Source: Lachnospiraceae bacterium (GTDB lineage Bacteria; Bacillota; Clostridia; Lachnospirales; Lachnospiraceae). From it: 64,000 nt of DNA. Numbering within the stretch: the stretch's first letter is position 1; every line of letters starts with the position of its first letter. Positions 57,501 through 64,000 of the stretch are shown here, piece by piece. The notes under the pieces were generated by a model that saw only the letters and a list, made by a program, of their open reading frames with translations, had not been told where the DNA came from and did no database searches. The DNA is taken from contig JAGBBW010000061.1 of the NCBI GenBank assembly GCA_017938285.1, positions 7,627-71,626 of the forward strand, written 5' to 3'. The position numbers and the translations under genes are program-made.

Positions 57501-59636
57501 ATGGACAAGATTACAGAAAAAATTTCTCCGGAAGAAAATTTTCAGAGAAAAGTGGAAGCATTAAGGGACGATTTTAAGAAAGCAGCGGGTTCGCTGGATA
57601 TTTACCGCAGTACGGCAGAATGTCTTGCAGGCCGTACAGAATATCTCTTAAAGGAACTGGGCGGCGACAGGGAAGAACTGTTCCATGTACTGGTGGAATT
57701 GAAGGAACTCAGTGGTAATCTGGCGGCAAAGCAGGGAAGTGATTATACGGTGTTCCAGCTGGTACTGGAAAAAGCAGAGGGAGACATTTCAGAAATGCAG
57801 AGAGCATTAAAATGGGAAACCGAAGTAGAACAGATTCTGGCAGAATTACTGGACAGACTGGAAGCAATGGTCGGAAAGGATCTGAATGATTTATATAAAA
57901 AGTCTGCTCCTAAAATAAGCTGCCGCCCCAATGTAACGGAAATTGGGAAGTCAGAGCAGTATCTGTATATTCTGCTTTCCAATGAAGGAAATAAACAGCC
58001 GGCGGCTAAGGTGAGAGTCATTTTGGAGGCTACAGAACTGCCGGATGGTATGCTGCAGAGGGAGGTAGAACTGACAGCCGCCTTAGAAGCAGGTGCAGAG
58101 GCAATCCAGGTACCATTCCGTCTTGCGGTTTCTGATTTTAATGGAGATGGTTTCCTTGTAAACTGGACGATTAAGTACCAGTGTATTACCGGATATCAGG
58201 ATGGAAGGAATGAGCTTGGGGATCTATCCACTGAAGGAACATTCGAACTTCTGATTGCAAATGGAGAGCAGAACAAAAACAGAGAGGCAAAGAATCCGTA
58301 TGCAGAACCGGCAAAAGGAATGCCGCTGAAGACCAGGGAAATGTTTTTTGGACGGGTGAGACAACTGGTAAATTTCTGGAACCATGTACTGGACAAAGAA
58401 ACAGGAAAGCTGATACCGGGAAAAATGACGATTATTTATGGTCTGAGGCGTTCCGGCAAAAGCAGTCTGGTGCACCAGATTATGAATACGCTGAATACGA
58501 ATGAAATGGCAGCAGATGTACGGCAGAATGAAGATCTGGAGATAGCCTGGAAGGAAACAGAAAAACCATATGTTATCTATTTCCGGAATATGGGAGGAGA
58601 TTTTACCTATTATCAGGAACCGCTCTGGTTTGAGCAGTCATTGTATTTTGCAATCATGGATCAGTTAGGCAGGCAGATACCAGGGGAACTGAAGCAGGAA
58701 CTGCTGGCAGAGTGCGGCTGCATCCGGGAATCAGAAAAGAGCAGTGCGGCCAGGATGTCTTTGGATAAGATTATTGAGAATCCGGTCACAATGAAATTAC
58801 AGTTTAAGAAGTTTATTGAGGGATTCCGGAGACTGGATCAGGACAGACATAAGCTGGTGCTGATTATGGATGAATTTACAACACTTTGTGTCAAGGCAGC
58901 AAATTATACAGCAGAAGGGTATAAGAACTGGGAGAATGTTCCAACGTTTATAAATTCCTTTGCGGACATGGGATTTATTCAGATTGTTATCGGACATTCT
59001 TATATGATGACATCGTTGGAGCGGCTTGGAATTCTGAATCAGACCGTAGAAAATATCGACCAGTTAAAGCTGGAGGTATCGGAACTAGATTCTGTAGAAG
59101 CAAAAAAATTAATTATTGAGCCGATGGAAAGTGCCTTTGGCTGCAAACCATTTGATTCGACCATGGGTGTGAAAGCGGTGGAAAATTTACTGGATTTATC
59201 AGGAAGGCTGCCATTGATGATTATGCGCCTGTGTAACAGACTGTTTGAATATTTTAGAAGGTCAGACAGTGCCAGAATCGTTACTGATGATGTCCAGAAT
59301 ATGCTGCTGCACTGGTTTAAGGACCAGGAGAGTGTCACAAAGTTCAATACCAGCATTTTTGATGTGCTGATTGAGGAGGACAGCGTTGGCGGATGCCTGG
59401 AGGATCGTGATACATGGAAGTTCCTGGAGCATGTAGCCAAGCTTTCCATGAAGAGTGCAAATCGTGACTGTGATGCGGAAGAAGCGTTTAAAACGTGTGA
59501 ATCCCTGGCAAAAGAACGATGTGAAACGATAGCCAAGGAGCTGGATAAGCGGGGCGTTATTTCCCGGGAAGATGGAAGAATTAAAATTTTTGTTGGCCTG
59601 TTTGGAAAATACAATCAGTATAAAAAAGGATGGTAA
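54588..59636 (+). CDS. Giant 1682-aa protein: about 950 aa of repeated small beta-barrel-like modules, a helical/coiled-coil segment, a beta-sandwich-like segment, a PF01637-like (GxRRxGKS) ATPase and a C-terminal winged helix
   Basis: RBS AAAGGAGAAGAGG. Walker A IIYGLRRSGKSSL (nt 58440-58466), preceded by FFGRVRQL. Walker B LVLIMDEF (about nt 58855-58878). The C-terminal IAKELDKRGVISREDGRIKIF looks like a winged helix. The N-terminal modules are described in the findings. Confidence 0.85.
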   Translation: MLDSTVKNMLFLYVDHLVCLSMENGDRIEGELLAVEEDAVALLKEGEVKRYSFAELTDVRYVGNLTDYRTFAGTGEIDNTFVFDISACSDETIIEKIKYQEYNCTMSCHLVFDMQIKAADIRVERFYHVRNMDILGKSNYLYTFTNGTCLSGMLMESGETYSLVCNNRTIMEFDWKEVEDITRQPVINDEITVYMKTGEVYSGIVCAAQQEFCNIMLGRTQLQKIRYAEMKRLFFHGEVTECMPGKHGVVDNIYRCKYPHYLQSMEQAKLFQYGAKVMYMVGINQRAQVAKEVEVLISETEKAEAEHKIGIILTIGPITQTGSSQKWFGYIGNKYVMQSCGEPVRGDLVFYPDAQLFTRSLNLQENIYVVRYTPTGQLNERGQQPVTILEMVEAIPKKYIGMVEIVDGVIVKTPLYQAVIGGSLTGSVYKNKEVEIICKDGSTCTGIVAEHNEKGFTLHNGELIDYTRIENVRIFDRVSSYGDNGVGFTVSGLRFHVNDSALDMESVEMLAANVRISYVLANNLSGNDRKVLWKFFNIVEMKVWKDSVQKPVEQPEGDSEQKIKELPEKSPVQEIAVLSEKDNGMLLKQRFGEIPGGIEGGYGILHKDFRNPKVVYVNSTYRNPRLTTEKCGKGLPFNAAEVKIHAEELFVPGDFYIVRYKEVSGEAYRYEIEFVGKIRKLPSLMAIDIEDSNRLFIRIQEGVSAIPQKPVVYQNSVPEVTDGETVFYEYERILGNAEANYYGLTMEAVIHAAEKAGLSITDQDIAVWRFGVLENKDYAMTIGILNRGVEFELSLVEQKAFNILKTAKRKMMVAFTCKNGKIAKVKLVPDEVLKLLCWQKGTVTSCGANDKHIIIDKKIVHYLSVRSDGLVNNYAKNGRLEKEEVYVKVVHYAEWGEKKRLVSAAAEIHLQVEMADILYNTTQNRYMAYRNQTQFVALEDVSSENLAALKNTSVGVRFVPEPGSNQLKAYLMDKITEKISPEENFQRKVEALRDDFKKAAGSLDIYRSTAECLAGRTEYLLKELGGDREELFHVLVELKELSGNLAAKQGSDYTVFQLVLEKAEGDISEMQRALKWETEVEQILAELLDRLEAMVGKDLNDLYKKSAPKISCRPNVTEIGKSEQYLYILLSNEGNKQPAAKVRVILEATELPDGMLQREVELTAALEAGAEAIQVPFRLAVSDFNGDGFLVNWTIKYQCITGYQDGRNELGDLSTEGTFELLIANGEQNKNREAKNPYAEPAKGMPLKTREMFFGRVRQLVNFWNHVLDKETGKLIPGKMTIIYGLRRSGKSSLVHQIMNTLNTNEMAADVRQNEDLEIAWKETEKPYVIYFRNMGGDFTYYQEPLWFEQSLYFAIMDQLGRQIPGELKQELLAECGCIRESEKSSAARMSLDKIIENPVTMKLQFKKFIEGFRRLDQDRHKLVLIMDEFTTLCVKAANYTAEGYKNWENVPTFINSFADMGFIQIVIGHSYMMTSLERLGILNQTVENIDQLKLEVSELDSVEAKKLIIEPMESAFGCKPFDSTMGVKAVENLLDLSGRLPLMIMRLCNRLFEYFRRSDSARIVTDDVQNMLLHWFKDQESVTKFNTSIFDVLIEEDSVGGCLEDRDTWKFLEHVAKLSMKSANRDCDAEEAFKTCESLAKERCETIAKELDKRGVISREDGRIKIFVGLFGKYNQYKKGW

Positions 59637-59640
59637 TAGA

Positions 59641-61824
59641 ATGGAGAGTATTACAACAGAAAGAACGAGCGGGTTTATTGGCAGGGTAAATCTGTTTGAT
59701 GACATAAGAAAAGGTGTTTTTGTAACTCAGTTGGGAACGGGCACCTGTTATTCCCTTATGGGATTAAATGGAATTGGAAAAACACGCCTTGTGGAGGAAT
59801 GGGCAGAGAACTGGAGGAAGGATACCAGTAAGGACCCGAATATCTATTATTTCAGTACCCGTTTATCCGACGCAGACAGTGAGTGGAGCTACTGGGTAAA
59901 GCTGATTCAGGATGTCAGAAGGGTAATTCGTGAGGAGCAGTTAAGAAAAGCACCAAATCCGGAAGAAAACCTGGTGAATGAGATTTTAGACATATATAAA
60001 GAGATAGACACGAATCCTGCATTGTATTCGGAAATAGCAGGACTGAGGAATATGCAGAGAGACCGGTATTTCCGAAATTTTTTCGAGGTTTTTGAAGAAC
60101 TGGGAATTCATCTGATTATTACCATAGATGAGTTTGATGCAGCAGCAACCCTGTTTCCAAAGGAAAAGGGAGATGGCAGTTTCTTTCGAAAACTTTACAG
60201 TCTGTCTGGCAAAGCAGGAAAAAAGAATCTGACCATTTTGATTATTTCCAGACGGCGTATCGGAACCCTGGCACATGGGATGGAGCATGGTTCCGATATT
60301 GAAGATGCGTATCCTCCGTATGCCCTGAAAGGATTTACTTACCAGGAGCTGATCGAATATTTTCAGGGACTGGATAATTACAGTGCCATGACGGATGAGG
60401 CATTTAATGCAGTAATTGGATATTGTGGCACACATCCGGGGCTTCTGACTACCATGGGAGCTGCCATTGATTCCGTACCGTCCGGAAGTCCAATTGATGT
60501 GGATACCCTGTTTCTGCAGCGGAGACTGCCACTGGAAAAAACATTTGAGCGGATGCAGAAGCTGATGAAGCTGGAATACGTGGATGCAGAGAAGGAAAGA
60601 AACTGTATTGCTCCGTTCCGGCAGGCATTTCTTGGTCCGGTGTATGATTCGAGACTGGCATCCAGACTGAAAATGCTGCAGGATTATGGTTTTATAACCC
60701 ACAGGGGAGAGTACGAGGAAAATTTATATGAACTGGCAGGCTGGAAAAAAGAAGGAATGGAAACGGATGTATTCCGTTCTTATGCGGAGCAGCATGCGTA
60801 TGAACCGGTATCTCCTTACTTTGTGCTCTATATGAAATATAATGTTTTGCCGGAAGAAATGGACGACCTGGACAGAAGGAAGAGTTTTACGGAAGTGAAT
60901 ATCCGGAAAATGCTTGTAGACGTATATAAAAGTAAGTATGGGCCGGCGTGGAGAGCAGAGATGGAACAGGAAAAGGAGGGAAGCGATAAGGTTGCCAGGA
61001 TATTTAGTGGTAAGCAAACCTATCTGAAGAATATGGACAAGACTGCGGCAGCCAATCGTTCGGATATGGAGTATACCATTCTGAATGTGCTGGCCTTCCA
61101 TGAATATGCGCAGATTATTATAAAATACTGGGATCAGGCAAAGGTATATTTCCAGTCCTACGAACCGGAAGAGCTGGAAAAAGACTTTTTCTTCCTGTCT
61201 ATAACAAGAAATACGATAGAACATGAAAATGCAGAAATGTTGAATAACGAATATTGTGAAGTTGCTGCAAAGATTTGTGAAAGAATCAATAAGGGAATTG
61301 AAGAGGGACGGGGAGGTATTGTAAGAAATAAACCAGCCCGTCCGGCAGATGCTCCGGGGTTCAGTGGCTGGGGAGAACTGACGGCTGGAACTCCATTTCA
61401 AAACAGGCAGGGAAACAACTCACAGAATACAGTTTCTGGAAACAGCGCCGGACAGAATCAGGAGAGTCAGGCAGCACAGGGGAATACGCAGACGGAGGGA
61501 GCGGTTACCCAGGTACCGGTCAGCTGGGGCTATAACTATGAAGAAGTATTGGGACGTATGAGTGGGTCCTCCCAGGCGTTTGAGATTACATATAATTTTG
61601 AAAGAACATGCAGTTTTTCATTAACGGATGGTACAACAGTACGTTATGCAAAAGGAAATGTTGTGCTGGATGGAAGAAAGTATGTGGTTGCAATGGAAAT
61701 GGGAAGACACCGCTTTGAGAAAGACACGCCGGAAATGGCAGAAGTGTATGCTGTCTTTGACTATACCGAGGAGAAAAATGGAAGACCGGTTCCTCGTAAA
61801 GCATTTATGGGCAGATTAAAATAA
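59641..61824 (+). CDS. STAND-type NTPase fused to a HEPN (Swt1-like) domain, a Q/N/G/S-rich linker and a small C-terminal beta domain
   Basis: 727 aa from MESITTERTSGFIGRV. Walker A GLNGIGKTRL (nt 59761-59790). Walker B LIITIDEFD. HEPN motif RNTIEH at nt 61207-61224. The start lies 4 nt after the stop of the giant gene. Confidence 0.8.
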   Translation: MESITTERTSGFIGRVNLFDDIRKGVFVTQLGTGTCYSLMGLNGIGKTRLVEEWAENWRKDTSKDPNIYYFSTRLSDADSEWSYWVKLIQDVRRVIREEQLRKAPNPEENLVNEILDIYKEIDTNPALYSEIAGLRNMQRDRYFRNFFEVFEELGIHLIITIDEFDAAATLFPKEKGDGSFFRKLYSLSGKAGKKNLTILIISRRRIGTLAHGMEHGSDIEDAYPPYALKGFTYQELIEYFQGLDNYSAMTDEAFNAVIGYCGTHPGLLTTMGAAIDSVPSGSPIDVDTLFLQRRLPLEKTFERMQKLMKLEYVDAEKERNCIAPFRQAFLGPVYDSRLASRLKMLQDYGFITHRGEYEENLYELAGWKKEGMETDVFRSYAEQHAYEPVSPYFVLYMKYNVLPEEMDDLDRRKSFTEVNIRKMLVDVYKSKYGPAWRAEMEQEKEGSDKVARIFSGKQTYLKNMDKTAAANRSDMEYTILNVLAFHEYAQIIIKYWDQAKVYFQSYEPEELEKDFFFLSITRNTIEHENAEMLNNEYCEVAAKICERINKGIEEGRGGIVRNKPARPADAPGFSGWGELTAGTPFQNRQGNNSQNTVSGNSAGQNQESQAAQGNTQTEGAVTQVPVSWGYNYEEVLGRMSGSSQAFEITYNFERTCSFSLTDGTTVRYAKGNVVLDGRKYVVAMEMGRHRFEKDTPEMAEVYAVFDYTEEKNGRPVPRKAFMGRLK

Positions 61825-61833
61825 CTAAGTCTC

Positions 61834-61866
61834 CGGCGGGGAAAACGCTTTAATCAGCGTTTCTCT
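61834..61866 (+). repeat. 33-nt motif, copy 2 (cggcggggaaaaCgctttaatcagcgtttcTct), in the 73-nt gap before the SpoVK-like AAA+ gene
   Basis: 31/33 identical to 13140-13172. Hairpin GAAACGC-TTTAATCA-GCGTTTC. Confidence 0.6.
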
Positions 61867-61897
61867 ATATTGGCTATGAGCTTTTGGGGGAATAAGG

Positions 61898-62881
61898 ATG
61901 GAAGAACAGAGTTTTATGAGTGGCATGAAAAATAGTGCGGAAGTGAATGCTGGTCTGGAGGAAACTATTTTTGATTCACCGGAAGTGAGAGGAATCCGCC
62001 AGATAGAAGAAGAACTTTACCAGCCGGGAGAAATTCCGGACAGCTCTGTGGTGCAGCAGATTTATGAAGTGAAAAAGCGGATGGAGCTGTTCGATAAAAA
62101 AAAGGCGTTGGAAAACTGGAAAACAGGAGAGGTTCCGGAAAAGAAAAAAACCATTCCGAATTTTGTCATTATGGGAGGTCCGGGAAGTGGAAAGACCACA
62201 CTGGCAAAAAGGCTGGCTGCTTATCTGGGCAGTGACTGCGGGAAGCGGGCAAATGTGATAGGAAGTGTGCAGAGACAGTGGATTCTGATAAAATCTGCCT
62301 CCGATTTAAAGGGCACCCATGTAGGACAGACGGCGGAGCGGGTGTACAATATGCTGGTAAATGCAGCAAAGAACAAGCAGATTATTTTTATTGATGAAGC
62401 ATATCACCTTCAAAATGATGAATTTGGACGGGAGGCGGTGGATATGCTGCTTCCCCTGTTGTCCGGAGACAGGGATGTGATTGAAAAGGCAGCAGACGGG
62501 CAGGTCGTTTCCTATTCCTTTTCAGAACATGGGACTGCCGTACCACCAATCTGGTTTGGCGGTTATGAGCATGAAATGAGGAAAATGCTCTCGGAAAATC
62601 CAGGGTTATACCGGAGAATGATAAAATTGTCCCTGTCCACACCCGGAGTAAAGGAACTGTTTCGGAACTTATGTATGCTTTCGAAGGACAACCAGGACTG
62701 TCTCACCGTCTTTCTGGATAATGAAAAAGAAATCAAGGATTATTTTGCCTGGGGGATGCGGCCGGAATATGTGGATTATTTTTCTTCCTATGCCGGTGTG
62801 AGAAGCATGTATGAGACAGCGGAGGTGTATTTGTCCAGGTCCATGGAAAAATCCCAGGCAGGAAGCTGCTGCACCGGATGA
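61898..62881 (+). CDS. AAA+ ATPase of the SpoVK/CbbX/EccA type
   Basis: 327 aa. FVIMGGPGSGKTTLAKRLA, IIFIDEAYHL, FGREAVDMLLPLL, and GGYEHEMRKMLSENPGLYRRM matches the family layout (A/GGY...NPGLxSRF). Confidence 0.8.
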   Translation: MEEQSFMSGMKNSAEVNAGLEETIFDSPEVRGIRQIEEELYQPGEIPDSSVVQQIYEVKKRMELFDKKKALENWKTGEVPEKKKTIPNFVIMGGPGSGKTTLAKRLAAYLGSDCGKRANVIGSVQRQWILIKSASDLKGTHVGQTAERVYNMLVNAAKNKQIIFIDEAYHLQNDEFGREAVDMLLPLLSGDRDVIEKAADGQVVSYSFSEHGTAVPPIWFGGYEHEMRKMLSENPGLYRRMIKLSLSTPGVKELFRNLCMLSKDNQDCLTVFLDNEKEIKDYFAWGMRPEYVDYFSSYAGVRSMYETAEVYLSRSMEKSQAGSCCTG

Positions 62882-64000
62882 TAGAAGAGAAAAAGGCAGA
62901 GATAAAGAAACAGTACAAAGCAGTGCTGACAGATATTAAAAGTGCAGAGTTTGAAATAGAAACTGACATTACAGCAACCCTGGAAGACAGGATAGGAAAC
63001 AGGGAAACTGTGGATACGCTGCGTTCCATTATAGAATGTCTGTACCGGAACGCCACTAGGCAGGAAATTGCAGATGCCCCGAAAGGAGTACTGTTTACAG
63101 GTCCGTCCGGAACCGGAAAAACCTCTCTGGCAAGGGCGGTAGCCGGAGAAATTCAATTACGGTTTGAACAGAATATAGAGCAGAATCTGAAAGTGGCATT
63201 TATTTCCACAGTAGCTTCGGAACTAAGAGAAAGCGGAAAAATGAAGCGTCTGTTTGAAGAGGCAGAGGAGTACGATGTCTGTATTATTTTCATTGACGAA
63301 CTGGATGCTATTGGAAGAAAACGGGATATGCCAGGTGCCAGACCAGAGCTGTTATATCAGTTGTTAAAAGAAATGGATGAAGTTGAGGCAAGGAAAAATG
63401 TGTTTGTAATCGGTGCTACCAACGATCCCCGGATACTGGATCCGGCACTCTTACGTCCGGGACGGTTGGAACGTTTTCTGGAGCTTTCCCTGCCAGACCT
63501 GGAAGAGAGAATACTGCTGCTGCGAAAATATATCATGGAGCTTCCTTTTTTGCAGGAGGCATTGCAGGAGGAAAAAAACAGGGAAGAGATGGAACGGTAT
63601 CTGACGGGACATGCGCAGCTGCTCATGGGATATTCCCAGGCGGATATGAAGGGGCTGGTGAACCGGGCCGCCATGGAATGTATGGGAAAAATGTCAGATA
63701 TTCACAGGTATGATAATAGTATCGTGACATTTTACCGTCATATTTTCGGGATGCTGATCGTGAAAAATTTTCAGCTCAAGACTCCGGTGAATTACCAGAA
63801 GGTGGCATTTTATGCGGAACGTTATGAGGAGGTATCAGCGTTGGCGGTACATCAACTGGGACATTATGTTGTAAATGAGTCTTTTTCGGTCCGAAAGGAT
63901 ACGGAAAAAGTTTCGATTTTGTTCCGGGATGATTCCTTTGCCTATATGGACTGGTGGCGGGAATATACTCCGACGGACCGGGAAAAGCTGCTGCGCCAGA
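62878..64000 (+). CDS. Soluble FtsH-like AAA+ protein with a degenerate M41 zinc motif (HQLGH); 3' end lies outside the window
   Basis: ATGA overlap with the previous gene. GVLFTGPSGTGKTSLARAVAGE, IIFIDELDAIG, GATNDPRILDPALLRPGRLER, then AVHQLGHYVV at nt 63850-63864 where FtsH has HEAGH. No N-terminal TM segments. Not in the ORF track because no stop codon occurs before the window end. Confidence 0.8.
   Translation, partial: MIEEKKAEIKKQYKAVLTDIKSAEFEIETDITATLEDRIGNRETVDTLRSIIECLYRNATRQEIADAPKGVLFTGPSGTGKTSLARAVAGEIQLRFEQNIEQNLKVAFISTVASELRESGKMKRLFEEAEEYDVCIIFIDELDAIGRKRDMPGARPELLYQLLKEMDEVEARKNVFVIGATNDPRILDPALLRPGRLERFLELSLPDLEERILLLRKYIMELPFLQEALQEEKNREEMERYLTGHAQLLMGYSQADMKGLVNRAAMECMGKMSDIHRYDNSIVTFYRHIFGMLIVKNFQLKTPVNYQKVAFYAERYEEVSALAVHQLGHYVVNESFSVRKDTEKVSILFRDDSFAYMDWWREYTPTDREKLLRQ

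Noticed and set aside
53989-64000. Interpreting the ATPase operon as part of a mobile element or prophage.
   Set aside because: No integrase, transposase, tRNA attachment site or flanking direct repeats are visible in the window. The upstream neighbour is proS with its own terminator. Mobility cannot be judged without the downstream sequence.
1-64000. Search for rRNA, tRNA, tmRNA, RNase P RNA, CRISPR arrays and IS elements.
   Set aside because: No cloverleaf-like or conserved ncRNA signatures and no terminal inverted repeats with a transposase ORF were seen by eye in any intergenic region. A covariance-model scan would be needed to exclude small RNAs.

Overview
This 64 kb window looks like a chromosomal segment from a spore-forming Clostridia-type Firmicute. 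That assignment is inferred from gene content: AddAB, an alpha/beta-type SASP, SigA, a T-box leader, a c-di-GMP-I riboswitch and Firmicute-style RBS and promoters. Most of the window is housekeeping: a peptide/nickel-type ABC importer, a heterodimeric ABC exporter, dapA-dapB, nadE, addB-addA, rpoD, gltX, a UvrD/PcrA-like helicase, proS and a chemoreceptor. Three regions are not ordinary. (1) 15.4-20.3 kb holds a 750 bp ORF-free structured stretch, two 5'-truncated orphan polymorphic-toxin C-terminal cassettes with immunity genes, and two tandem paralogous genes whose 3' halves are nearly identical. (2) 36.5-49.5 kb is a redox island with ldh, hdrB-hdrC-hdrA, an mvhD/flxD-flxC-flxB-flxA-like set, a soluble FrdBA-like fumarate reductase, an AAE-family transporter and a two-subunit class I fumarase. 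(3) 54.5 kb to the window end is a co-directional operon I cannot assign to any named system. It encodes a 1682-aa protein (about 1150 aa of repeated small beta-barrel-like modules followed by a GxRRxGKS ATPase), a STAND-type NTPase fused to a HEPN (RNxxxH) domain, a SpoVK/CbbX-like AAA+ protein, and a soluble FtsH-like AAA+ protein whose zinc motif is HQxxH instead of HExxH. This operon is my best candidate for an undescribed conflict or defence-like system. I saw no rRNA, tRNA, CRISPR array, transposase or integrase. All calls come from reading the sequence and ORF translations by eye; no searches were run.
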